Positions 30,096 to 39,567 of a stretch of DNA of 64,000 bases are shown here, piece by piece (position 1 is the stretch's first letter; every line of letters begins with the position of its first letter). Both the position numbers and the translations under genes were made by a program. The stretch spans positions 1 through 64,000 of the forward strand of contig JBNKBE010000028.1 of assembly GCA_050287085.1 (NCBI GenBank), in the 5' to 3' direction. The notes under the pieces were generated by a model, which searched no databases, was not told where the DNA came from, and was given only the letters and a program-made list of their open reading frames with translations. Source of the stretch: Polyangiaceae bacterium (GTDB lineage Bacteria > Myxococcota_A > Polyangia > Polyangiales > Polyangiaceae).

Positions 30096-30113
30096 TTCGC
30101 CGCTTGCTCGCCC

Positions 30114-30142
30114 TTGACTTGGGTGTATCCAGTCTGCATTAT
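30114..30142 (+). promoter_or_regulatory. Sigma70-like promoter
   Basis: TTGACT-N17-CATTAT in the intergenic gap. Confidence 0.45.
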
Positions 30143-30389
30143 TCCACCCAGTACAATAGGTGAGTCCAACCCGACGCTGCTAGGCCGGCACTCGATTGAA
30201 GCGATTATCGCTGGGTCACCGTTCCCCTTCTCAGGATCGCTTCTACGAGCCACCAGGGGTCTATCGAGCCCCTGTGTGCCACGGACTCCAATGCCTGGTG
30301 GGGCTGAACTTACGAGTACGTCGTAGCCGCTGGACGGCGGGGGCTCTGGGTGGTATCCCCAACGCAGCGGGGGTCCCTGGAGTCAACAA

Positions 30390-31343
30390 ATGCGATTCAG
30401 TGCACGTTGTGCCCAGCTACTAGGGGTCTTGCTACCCGCCTGCACCGTCTACGATGAGGCATTGCTGGCGGGTGCAGCGCAGGAGTCCGGGAAGTTGCGT
30501 GCGTCACCCGCCCATGGCGGCGAAAGGGCTGACGCCGGGCAGACGGGCGGGGCTGGTTCTGGCCCTGACATGGGGAGCGGGCGCGAGGGGCAGGCCACAC
30601 GCGACGGCGCAGACGCCTCTGCTCCAACGGTACCGCTTGGGGATGCGGGGGACGCGGGCGGCTTGATGCCGGCGCCCGTCGATGCAGGGGCCGCTGCCGT
30701 GGCCGACGCTGCCGTGGACGACTCGCTGACCTCGAGGGATGCAGCGCTTGCTGAGCCGCAAGACGCTTCAGCCCCGCGCGACGCGGACGTAGCGCCGGCC
30801 GATCAAAGCATGGACTACGACGCGGCGGGAGATCCACATCCCTACTTAGGGACGTGGGCGTTCGACAAAGACCTTCAAGGGTGGAAGCTGGGTCGCTCGG
30901 TGCCGGAAAACTTGAGCGATAGTAGCTCAATCACCTATTCACCCACGATCGGCTACCCACGGCCGGGAGCCACGTGCGTCGACGTGCCATTTGGTGCCGC
31001 TGGCCAATCCATTCAGTTGCGCGTTGTCTTGCCCGAGCCGCTCCCCACCGGAGCGCGCGTTGTCGCCCAGATCAACCTGCAGGAGCAGGATGGCGTTATT
31101 CCTGTGGAGCTTCGCCTGTACGCTCGCTCAGGCACCAGCGGATACGCCGTGGGGGCACGGCAGCAGCTGACGCTGCTCAACACTTGGGTCCAAGCTAGCC
31201 TTTCGTTCGTTTCGCCGTTCAGCACCACCGGGGATCAGTTTGTGATCACTGACATTCGAGAGTTGGGGGTCGAACTGTTGACCAACGAGAAGGGAACTGC
31301 CAGTCACGTGGTCGTGTGTCTCGATACTGTCGTAGTGGACTAA
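30390..31343 (+). CDS. Lipoprotein with DAG/DAS low-complexity linker and C-terminal beta-sandwich (CBM-like) domain
   Basis: Lipobox LLPAC; WAFDKDLQGW..IRELGVEL..CLDTV. Confidence 0.55.
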   Translation: MRFSARCAQLLGVLLPACTVYDEALLAGAAQESGKLRASPAHGGERADAGQTGGAGSGPDMGSGREGQATRDGADASAPTVPLGDAGDAGGLMPAPVDAGAAAVADAAVDDSLTSRDAALAEPQDASAPRDADVAPADQSMDYDAAGDPHPYLGTWAFDKDLQGWKLGRSVPENLSDSSSITYSPTIGYPRPGATCVDVPFGAAGQSIQLRVVLPEPLPTGARVVAQINLQEQDGVIPVELRLYARSGTSGYAVGARQQLTLLNTWVQASLSFVSPFSTTGDQFVITDIRELGVELLTNEKGTASHVVVCLDTVVVD

Positions 31344-31436
31344 GGGCTCGCGGACGGCAAAGTGCTGCGGGCTCGTCGCTCTGATCGAGCTCGCCGTGCC
31401 CCAGCGGCTTACCATGCTGGTGGGTGGGACTCTTGC

Positions 31437-31473
31437 CCAGCCCGCCCAGCGCGTCAGGCGCTGGGCGGGCTGG
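31437..31473. terminator. Perfect 16-bp GC hairpin between convergent genes
   Basis: CCAGCCCGCCCAGCGC-GTCAG-GCGCTGGGCGGGCTGG just past the ahpF stop. Confidence 0.65.
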
Positions 31474-31484
31474 ACTGCATTGGC

Positions 31485-33044
31485 TCAGGCGCTGGGCGCG
31501 CTGGACCGCATTAGGTGGTCGAAAGCTCCGAGGGCGGCCTTGGCTCCGTCGCCCGCGGCGATGATGATCTGCTTGTACGGTACGGTCGTAACGTCACCGG
31601 CGGCAAACACGCCAGGTGCGGAGGTTTGTCCCCTCGCGTCCACGACGATCTCTCCGTGTTGGGACAGTTCCACCGTGCCCTTGAGCCACTGCGTGTTCGG
31701 CAATAGTCCAATCTGTACGAAAATGCCTTCGAGCTCGAGGGCGTGTCCGTCGCCAGATTGTCGATCCGTGTATTCAAGCCCTGTGACCTTGGTGCCGTCG
31801 CCCAGGACCTTGGTCGTTTGTGCCGACTTGATCACGGTGACGTTGCTCAGGCTTTCCAACTTGCGCTGCAGCACGGCGTCGGCCTTGAGCGTGTCTGCGA
31901 ATTCGAGCACCGTCACGTGGGCCACGACGCCCGCAAGATCGATAGCCGCTTCAATGCCTGAGTTGCCTCCGCCAATGACCGCAACACGCTTACCCTTGAA
32001 CAGCGGACCGTCGCAGTGTGGGCAGTAGGTGACGCCTCGGGTTCGGTATTCTTGCTCGCCAGGTACGTTCATGTCCCGCCAGCGCGCCCCCGTGGCGACG
32101 ATCACGCTGCGAGCTGATAGCTTGGCGCCGCTTTCCAATTCCACGGTGGCGAGGGGGCCGGGGACGAGCTTGCTTACCCGCTCGTGTTTCATCACGTCGA
32201 CCGGGTACGCGTGCACGTGCGCCTCTAACGCGGCCGCCAACTTGGGGCCATCGGTTTCGACGATCGAGATGTAGTTCTCGATCGCTAGCGTGTCGAGGAT
32301 CTGGCCACCGAAACGCTCTGCCACGATGCCGGTGTTGATGCCTTTGCGCGCCGCGTAAACAGCGGCGGCTGCGGCGGCGGGCCCTCCGCCGATGATCAAC
32401 ATGTCGAACGGCGGCTTGGCGCTCAGTTCCTCGGCGCGCCGTTTGACGGCGCCAGTGTCGACTTTGGCTAGTATCTCAGCCAATTCCATTCGTCCTTGGC
32501 CGAAGCGCTCCCCGTTGAGGTAGATTGTTGGAACCGCCATGACTTGCCGCTCCTCCACCTCTTGGCGAAAGCTTGCGCCGTCGATGGCGGCATGTTCCAC
32601 GTTGGGGTTAAGCGCGGCCATCAAGTTGAGCGCCTGCACCACGTCCGGGCAGTTCTGGCAAGACTGCGAGAAGTAAGTCTCGAACTTGAGCGGCCCGGCT
32701 AGTCCTCGCACTTGGGCCAAGGTCTCATCGCTCTCTCGGGGCGGATGGCCTCCGACATGTAGCAGTGCGAGAACCAATGAAGTGAACTCGTGCCCTAGAG
32801 GTAGCCCCGCAAAGCGAACCCTAGGGCTGTCTTCGGGACGGTGGATGGCGAAAGAAGGTGTCCTAACGCCGCTCTCATTGTGTTCGACCAGGCTAACGAG
32901 CGGCGAGCTGGCTTCGATTGCTTCAAGCAGCTCTTTGAGCGATTGGCTGTCCGCCGAATCGTCCAGGGACGCAGATAGCTGGATGGGGTGCTTCAGGCGC
33001 TGCAATGCGGCTTGCAGTTGGGCTTTTACGGAATCGTTGAGCAT
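31485..33044 (-). CDS. ahpF: Alkyl hydroperoxide reductase subunit F
   Basis: [43 protein letters not shown]. Confidence 0.97.
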   Translation of the reverse strand: MLNDSVKAQLQAALQRLKHPIQLSASLDDSADSQSLKELLEAIEASSPLVSLVEHNESGVRTPSFAIHRPEDSPRVRFAGLPLGHEFTSLVLALLHVGGHPPRESDETLAQVRGLAGPLKFETYFSQSCQNCPDVVQALNLMAALNPNVEHAAIDGASFRQEVEERQVMAVPTIYLNGERFGQGRMELAEILAKVDTGAVKRRAEELSAKPPFDMLIIGGGPAAAAAAVYAARKGINTGIVAERFGGQILDTLAIENYISIVETDGPKLAAALEAHVHAYPVDVMKHERVSKLVPGPLATVELESGAKLSARSVIVATGARWRDMNVPGEQEYRTRGVTYCPHCDGPLFKGKRVAVIGGGNSGIEAAIDLAGVVAHVTVLEFADTLKADAVLQRKLESLSNVTVIKSAQTTKVLGDGTKVTGLEYTDRQSGDGHALELEGIFVQIGLLPNTQWLKGTVELSQHGEIVVDARGQTSAPGVFAAGDVTTVPYKQIIIAAGDGAKAALGAFDHLMRSSAPSA

Positions 33045-33214
33045 GGTCGGGCCTCCGAACGAGAGAGTGTACGGGTAGAGTAGGGACGGGCGAGCGTCAG
33101 GGAGCGTTCAGCTGCGGACCTTGGGTACGCGAAACGGGGCCTTGGACGCGGGGGATGACGCTGCCCCGCGGCATGACGACCAGAGGCGTCACACCGCAGG
33201 CAGCGACGCGGGAC

Positions 33215-33778
33215 TCAGATCTTGCCGACGAGATCGAGCGAGGGCTCGAGCGTCTTGTCACCTTCTTGCCACTTGGCGGGGCAAACCTCACCCGGGTGGC
33301 TGGCGACATACTGCGCTGCCTTGACCTTGCGGAGCAGTTCGCTGGCGTTGCGGCCAATGCCGTTGTCGTGGATTTCACACAGCTTGATCTGACCTTCTGG
33401 ATTGATCAGGAAGGTACCGCGCAGAGCCAGTCCTTCTTCTTCGATCAGAACTTCGAAGTTGCGAGCGAGCGTCGCCGTGGGGTCACCCACGAGCGGGTAC
33501 TTGACCTTGCCGATCGCCGCTGACGTGTCGTGCCACGCCTTGTGTGCAAAGTGAGTGTCGGTCGATACGCCGTAGATCTCGACGCCGAGCTTCTTGAACT
33601 CTTCGTAGTAGTCGGCGAGGTCTTCCAGCTCCGTCGGGCATACGAACGTGAAGTCGGCCGGATAGAACACGAATGCGGACCACTTGCCGAGAATGCTCTC
33701 GTTGGACACCGGGACGAACTTGCCCTCGTGGAACGCTGTGGCGTTGAACGGCTTGATGGTGGTGTTGATCAGTGACAT
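33215..33778 (-). CDS. ahpC: Alkyl hydroperoxide reductase subunit C (2-Cys peroxiredoxin)
   Basis: [31 protein letters not shown]. Confidence 0.98.
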   Translation of the reverse strand: MSLINTTIKPFNATAFHEGKFVPVSNESILGKWSAFVFYPADFTFVCPTELEDLADYYEEFKKLGVEIYGVSTDTHFAHKAWHDTSAAIGKVKYPLVGDPTATLARNFEVLIEEEGLALRGTFLINPEGQIKLCEIHDNGIGRNASELLRKVKAAQYVASHPGEVCPAKWQEGDKTLEPSLDLVGKI

Positions 33779-33865
33779 GCGAATTCCTTTTGCTGATTGC
33801 GGGGTGAATCTTTCCCCCCAGCGGGGTTACTGGAGCAACATGCTCCTCGCGAGAGGTTTTTTCCA

Positions 33866-33901
33866 ATCGATGGTTTCAATGGTCTAATCAGTTTTTTTGA
33901 T
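33866..33901. promoter_or_regulatory. Probable OxyR binding site between divergent ahpC and oxyR
   Basis: AT-rich ATCG-N7-CAAT-N6-ATCA-N7-TGAT, resembling the ATAG-N7-CTAT repeat consensus. Confidence 0.6.
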
Positions 33902-34041
33902 TGGGTCACGCGGCGTCACGCTCCCAATGGGTGATGCGCGATGTCGTTGTGGCCGAGGGGTCGACCGCTTTTCTCCCGGGCAGAGCTCCTCCACTGTTGC
34001 TTTGCCCTGGCGCGCGCGAGAGACCCCGATACCCTGGTGTC

Positions 34042-35004
34042 ATGGACCTGAGCCAGGTCACTCTAAGCCAGATGCGCTACGCCGTCGCGGTTTCCGCGCA
34101 TCAGAATTTCAGACTGGCTGCCGAGCAGTGCCACGTCTCGCAGTCGGGCCTCAGCATGCAGATTCAGAAGCTCGAGGAGCTTCTGGGTGTGCGCCTATTC
34201 GACCGTACGAAGAAGCCCGTGCTGCTCACCCGAGCAGGCGAACGTGCGCTGGTCCAAATGCGGCGGGTGCTGCAGGAGACCGAGCGACTCGGCCAGATGG
34301 TCACGGAAGAAGCCGAACCCTCGGGACGGTTTCGGCTCGGTGTGATTCCGAGCATGGCCTCCACGCTCTTGCCCCTGTTTCTCGGCGATTTTGCCAAGCG
34401 TTTCGCGCGGGTGCATCTCCTGATCGAGGAGCTCAAGACGGAGGATATCATCACGCGGCTCCTGGCCGACACTTTGGACGCGGGGATCGCGGCGACGCCC
34501 CTGTCGGTTCCGGGACTGCAGGAGGAGGCGCTTGCTGTAGAGCCGATGGTCGCCTATCTGCCGCCGGGGGACCCTTTGCTGGCCAAACAGGCGCTGCGCG
34601 AGCGGGACCTGCAAGGGCGGGAAGTGTGGGTCATGCCGGAGGGGCACTGCTTCCGAACCCAGGTCCTATCCTATTGCAACCCCGCCGTTGAGCGTCAAGA
34701 CGCCCAGCTCCGCTTCGAAAGCGGGAGCTTCGAGACCTTGATCCGGCTGGTGGATGGTGGCTTGGGGGCGACGGTATTGCCGGCCCTCGTCGCTCAGCAT
34801 CTGCCCGCGGCGCGCCGTCGAGCGCAGGTGCGTCCCCTCACGGCACCAGTTCCGCTCCGGGAAGTGGGGCTCGTCACCGCACGGACAGATCTTCGCCGAC
34901 AGGTGAACGAAGCGCTGAGCGCAGTGCTACGCGAGGTTTTGGCCCAGGCGCTGGGAGAGCCTCCCAGGCGGGGGCTAGTGCTCGACCCGATGGCGCGCTC
35001 TTAG
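34042..35004 (+). CDS. oxyR: Hydrogen peroxide-inducible LysR regulator OxyR
   Basis: LysR HTH plus EGHCFRTQVLSYC with both redox cysteines; divergent from ahpCF. Confidence 0.92.
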   Translation: MDLSQVTLSQMRYAVAVSAHQNFRLAAEQCHVSQSGLSMQIQKLEELLGVRLFDRTKKPVLLTRAGERALVQMRRVLQETERLGQMVTEEAEPSGRFRLGVIPSMASTLLPLFLGDFAKRFARVHLLIEELKTEDIITRLLADTLDAGIAATPLSVPGLQEEALAVEPMVAYLPPGDPLLAKQALRERDLQGREVWVMPEGHCFRTQVLSYCNPAVERQDAQLRFESGSFETLIRLVDGGLGATVLPALVAQHLPAARRRAQVRPLTAPVPLREVGLVTARTDLRRQVNEALSAVLREVLAQALGEPPRRGLVLDPMARS

Positions 35005-35115
35005 GGCCCGCGGAGGGCTCGTCCGGCGTAGTATGACCTTTCCCTTCCGAGGGCCCTCGGCGCAGCAGGCACGAATCGCGTTCAATGGAAGCGCCCTGCC
35101 ACCGTTCCTGGAAGC

Positions 35116-35577
35116 GTGCGACCGAACCTACTGCTGGTGGCGACCGCTGTGGGACTTCTCGCGTGCGGAACGCGCTCCGACCCCGTGAGCGACGACCTGG
35201 GCCATGAACTGCGCGTTGCTCAGGAGTGCGCTCAGAACCGAGACTGCGACCCCGAGGAGGTGTGTTACGGTCGCATGTGTCTCTACTTCGGGCAGTGTTT
35301 GCGCGATTTCCATTGTTCGGCGGGGCGGAGCTGCGACTCAGAACAACGATGCGTCGCCGCAGCTCCGGGGGCGGCCACCAGGCGGGACGGTGGCACGCAG
35401 ATTGAGCTTGGCTCTTTTGCGGAATGCCGCATCAACGCCGATTGCGCTCCGGACGAGGTATGTGCGTCCGGACTGTGCCGAGCCGGTGTTCAGTGCGAGG
35501 AGCACGCCGACTGCGACGTGGGCAGGGCTTGTGCTTTATCAGAATGTCTGCCGCTCTTCGCCGCACCCGATCTGTGA
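35116..35577 (+). CDS. Cys-rich lipoprotein with four C-x5-C-x5-C-x4/5-C repeats
   Basis: Lipobox LLAC; repeats ECAQNRDCDPEEVCYGRMC and ECRINADCAPDEVCASGLC. Confidence 0.7.
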   Translation: MRPNLLLVATAVGLLACGTRSDPVSDDLGHELRVAQECAQNRDCDPEEVCYGRMCLYFGQCLRDFHCSAGRSCDSEQRCVAAAPGAATRRDGGTQIELGSFAECRINADCAPDEVCASGLCRAGVQCEEHADCDVGRACALSECLPLFAAPDL

Positions 35578-35964
35578 CATCCCATGACCACACGTCCAAC
35601 GCGTGTTCATGGGATGCGGCATATTTTATGCCTTGCCAGAAGCCAGCCACTCAGGCGTATGCGCGGCGCACGAGCCCAAAGTGGTTCCGGCGCCGCGTCT
35701 CCTCGCAAAACCTCGTCACCACGGGCCGCGGAGATCTGTTAGCCTCTTTTTCGCATGCGCCGCCCGCCGTTGTCGGGCTCTGGGGGGGCCACCGGTGAAA
35801 ACTTCGCGCTGCTCGTGATCGGGGTGATTCAGGTGAACGATCGGGCACCTCGCTCGCAGACCACTATTGGGTAATAGTGAGTTTCGAGCCATGAGTCCCC
35901 TCCACACAATAGTTTGTTGCTTCGCCGCGTCAGGCAGGTGCTGGTTGCTTCCCCGGAGGCGGCC

Positions 35965-36972
35965 ATGAATGTAAAGCTGCTGATCGATAGCATCATGCGT
36001 CAAACGACCGTGCTGATCGCGGAGCTTTCCACGAGTGCCGGAGTGAGAGCTCCCTTGGCGCATATCGCCGATCAGGTGTTCTTGTCTTTGTCGCGTGAAA
36101 TCGAGGCCCAAGGGGTGGCTCGCAAGGTCGTGGCGGACATGTTTGGGCTGGCCCTGCGGGGCTATCAGAAGAAGACGCAACGTCTTGCGCAGAGCGCCAG
36201 CACCCAAGGCAAGACCTTGTTCGAAGCGGTTCTGGAATTCATCGAGGCCGAGGGTGGAAGCACGCGCCAGGCCATACTCAAGCGTTTCCACTACGACGGC
36301 GAGCGAGAGACCATTGGGGTGCTCTCCGATCTTGTTCACAGTGGCTTGGCCTATACGTCCGGCTCCGGGGATTCGGCGCTCTACGGCATTACCTCCGATG
36401 CTGAACGACAACGCTTGACGCGCCACAGCGACGAGCTTGCAGTGGCGAGTATGGCCCTCGGCGAAATCTACCGCAATCCGGGGGTGACGTCCGAGGCGCT
36501 CGCTGCTCAGTTGAATATTGAGCCGACCACGCTGGAGTCAGCGCTCGCAACTCTCGCGAGTGACGGACGCATTTGCTCCGACGCGAGCACCGGTGCGCTT
36601 CGTGCCAGCACTTTTCAGCTGCCGCCCAACGCTGAAGCGGGTTGGGAGAGCGCCGTCTTCGATCACTTTCAAGCGATGTCCCAGGGCATTGCGAGCAAAC
36701 TACGTCTTCGGGCGCGGGCGAGCCGTGCTGCGGATTGGGTGGGGGGTGCTACGCTGCGATTTGAGCTGCACCCGGCTCATCCCATGAAGGGCGAGGTACT
36801 CGCCTTGCTGGAACAGACCAGGCAGCGCACCCAAGCGCTTTGGGAGCGAGTGGGGCGGTACAACGACGCGCATCCCATGCGCGACAATGAGCGCTCCACG
36901 GTATCCTTCTATTTTGGTCAGAATCTTGATGACGAGACTCTGCTCGAAGAGCCCGAGCAGGGTCACCACTAG
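35965..36972 (+). CDS. Hypothetical protein with winged-helix/HTH-like segments (putative regulator)
   Basis: GGAGG SD; HTH-like RKVVADMFGLALRGYQKK and PGVTSEALAAQLNIEPTTLESALATLASDGRI. Confidence 0.6.
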   Translation: MNVKLLIDSIMRQTTVLIAELSTSAGVRAPLAHIADQVFLSLSREIEAQGVARKVVADMFGLALRGYQKKTQRLAQSASTQGKTLFEAVLEFIEAEGGSTRQAILKRFHYDGERETIGVLSDLVHSGLAYTSGSGDSALYGITSDAERQRLTRHSDELAVASMALGEIYRNPGVTSEALAAQLNIEPTTLESALATLASDGRICSDASTGALRASTFQLPPNAEAGWESAVFDHFQAMSQGIASKLRLRARASRAADWVGGATLRFELHPAHPMKGEVLALLEQTRQRTQALWERVGRYNDAHPMRDNERSTVSFYFGQNLDDETLLEEPEQGHH

Positions 36973-37045
36973 ACCCTTCACCAAACTCGTTCGCGCGGCG
37001 CGGCTATCGACTAGACAGGGCGTGGCCCCAGCATAGAGACAGGCA

Positions 37046-39268
37046 ATGACACGACTTTTACATACTTCACTTCGGCCCAATCATTCACCTTCATCTGCGC
37101 GGATGAGCCTTGTTTCGACGAGCTCAGGAAGCGCTATTCCGCAGCGCTACCCTGTGGCGGCGCGCCCGAGCGCGGGCTTGCGCGGTCTCATGCTGCTGGT
37201 CGGTGGACTCTTGCTGGCTGCCTGTGGACGCACCGCTGAAGTCGGCAATGGCAGCAGTACGAACTGGCTCAAGTCATGTGACGAGAATGCGGATTGCGGC
37301 GGCGCATTCCTGTGTGTAGCAGGAGCGTGCACGCCGAAGTGCGATTCTGACGATCTGTGTAATGAGCTTCGCGACGGGGCTAGCTGCGTGAAGACGGAGC
37401 GGGTCGCGGCGAAGGCGTTCAGTTGCGAAGGAGCGTCGGTGGTTTCCGTTTGCGCCGCTCCATGTGAGTCCGAGGCCTGCGCGAGTCAGGGACGCGGCTA
37501 TGCTTGTGAGCGGGGCTTATGCGTTCCCGCAGCCTGCGACGATGTACCACCGGTCTACGAACCATGCGCGGGCAAGAAAGCGGGCGCCAGTTGCTCGTTG
37601 TGTGATCCTCTCGACGAAGACTGTATCGAGACCCAGTCTGTCAAGCACTGTACCGAAGAGGGCAAGTGTGTTCAGCAGGTGTTGGTCGATGACCCGTATT
37701 CGCCCTGCGAATCGAAGACATGTGGCGAGTCGTGCTCGCTTTGCCCACCGGACGACGCTGACTGTGTCGAAGACAGCGTGCTGCGGCTCTGTGATGCTGG
37801 CGGAAAGTGTACCGAGGCGCCGGTGAGTTGCGACGATACTTGCGCGGAGCTATCGGTTGAAGAATGTGAAGCCACGGACGCCTGCGTGACCATCGGAGGC
37901 CGGCAGATCGCGGCGATGGAGGTCAGCGACGAAGCGTTGCTACTGGGCTGCATGCCCGCGGATAGCGCCTGCCCGGAGGTCGAAACCTGCGGTCGCGATG
38001 CAGCAGGCACCTGCTTCTGGTTTTCCGATGGCTGCCTGCCGCAAGACATAGAGACCGTGTCGTGCAGCGAAGGGGCGTGTTGTATTGGCAGCGAATGCAA
38101 CGTCGCGAGCTATGACCCGTGTGCCGGGAAGGGGTGCGGCGATGGTTGCTCGCTGTGCGCGCCGGATGATGCGGGGTGCACCGAGACTGCCGAGATCAAA
38201 CAGTGTGATGCCCTGGGTGAGTGCCGCGGAACTGCCGCCGTGTGCGCCTGCGAAGGTCTTTCCGCTGCGGCCTGTAGCGACGCGGGTTGTTCGGTGGTCT
38301 ATGCCACCCCGACCGAAGTCGGCGGCGAACAAGCGGCAGTGGGGTGTTTGCCCGCGGACGTGGGTTGCGACGACGCCATCACCTGCGCTCTGGACGAAAG
38401 CGGCGCCTGTTGGACGTTTTCTGACGGCTGTATTCCGACCGGTTTCGACGCGACGTCGTGTTCCTCCGCCGAGTGCTGCCAAGGAGAGGATTGTAGCTAC
38501 GATGCATGCCAGGGCAAGAGTTGCGGTGAGTCCTGCACGCTATGTGCACCGAACGACCCTGACTGCGCGGAGACAGCGGAACTCAAGCAGTGCACAGCAA
38601 CGGGTGAATGCCAATCTGGAGAGGCGCAATGTTGTGCTGGGGGCACCTGTGAGCCGATTGTCAATCCTAGAGTGGAGTCCTTTGGATACTCGTTTGGGGA
38701 GTGTCTCGGAGAGTGCTTGCGTACGATGACCGTCGATGACGCCACGTCGGAGCTCAGCTTCAGCGCGTGTTATCATAGTGGGATATGCCGGCGTGAGAAC
38801 GTAGGTGTGCTCACTGAAGAAGGTCAAGCCGCGCTCAACGGAGCTGCGACGTCGCTCGAGGGCATGACGCTGGCGGATGTCTATGGCTGTCCTGACTGCA
38901 CAGATGGTGGGGCCACAACGCTGAACCTGAACTCCGACATGGGCAGTAGCAAGCACGTCTACGAGTTCGGGGCGCCGCCGCTTGCGCTCGCTGCTGTCGA
39001 CCAAACACTGTCAGAGCTACTGACGGCGCTTGATACCTGCCAAAGCCATGCCTGGCTTAGCTTGGCAGATTGCAAGACCGCAGCTGACGCCGAAGCTTGT
39101 GGACCTATGGACGTTGTACTGAGCGATGCCGACTGCGCGCTCCTTCTGGGGTATTCCTGGAACGGGGCCGCTTGTGAGGCCGTGATGTGCGACTGCTCCG
39201 GCGAGGACTGCGACGCACTCTATCCGACCCTGACGGATTGCCAGACCGAGCGCGCCGCTTGCCAGTGA
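37046..39268 (+). CDS. Large Cys-rich repeat lipoprotein
   Basis: Lipobox LLAAC; four YxPCxGKxCGxxCSLCxPxDxxCxE-type modules and two TCxxDxxGxCWxFSDGCxP-type modules; start uncertain. Confidence 0.7.
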   Translation: MTRLLHTSLRPNHSPSSARMSLVSTSSGSAIPQRYPVAARPSAGLRGLMLLVGGLLLAACGRTAEVGNGSSTNWLKSCDENADCGGAFLCVAGACTPKCDSDDLCNELRDGASCVKTERVAAKAFSCEGASVVSVCAAPCESEACASQGRGYACERGLCVPAACDDVPPVYEPCAGKKAGASCSLCDPLDEDCIETQSVKHCTEEGKCVQQVLVDDPYSPCESKTCGESCSLCPPDDADCVEDSVLRLCDAGGKCTEAPVSCDDTCAELSVEECEATDACVTIGGRQIAAMEVSDEALLLGCMPADSACPEVETCGRDAAGTCFWFSDGCLPQDIETVSCSEGACCIGSECNVASYDPCAGKGCGDGCSLCAPDDAGCTETAEIKQCDALGECRGTAAVCACEGLSAAACSDAGCSVVYATPTEVGGEQAAVGCLPADVGCDDAITCALDESGACWTFSDGCIPTGFDATSCSSAECCQGEDCSYDACQGKSCGESCTLCAPNDPDCAETAELKQCTATGECQSGEAQCCAGGTCEPIVNPRVESFGYSFGECLGECLRTMTVDDATSELSFSACYHSGICRRENVGVLTEEGQAALNGAATSLEGMTLADVYGCPDCTDGGATTLNLNSDMGSSKHVYEFGAPPLALAAVDQTLSELLTALDTCQSHAWLSLADCKTAADAEACGPMDVVLSDADCALLLGYSWNGAACEAVMCDCSGEDCDALYPTLTDCQTERAACQ

Positions 39269-39567
39269 GTTGGAGGCGGGCCCGAGCTACTTTGACAGCC
39301 CATCGTCGGAATGCTTGGGTCGAAATAGGGCGCTGACCTTGCGGGGCGCCCGTCCCGGGTCGCGTTTGAGCTCGAGAGAGCGAAAACGCGACTCGCGCAT
39401 TTCTCTTGGAACCCAGTCGGCTTGGGGCTGTCAGAGCAGAAGACCGTCGCCGCTGCCGAGCAGCGCGCAGCGGCTGTATCGGTTGCTTGTCGCGTCGTCG
39501 TGTTGATCGCACGCGTTGGCAACCGATGTTCTTAGCGTGTGCGCCACGGGGCGCACGCGTGTAGCGA

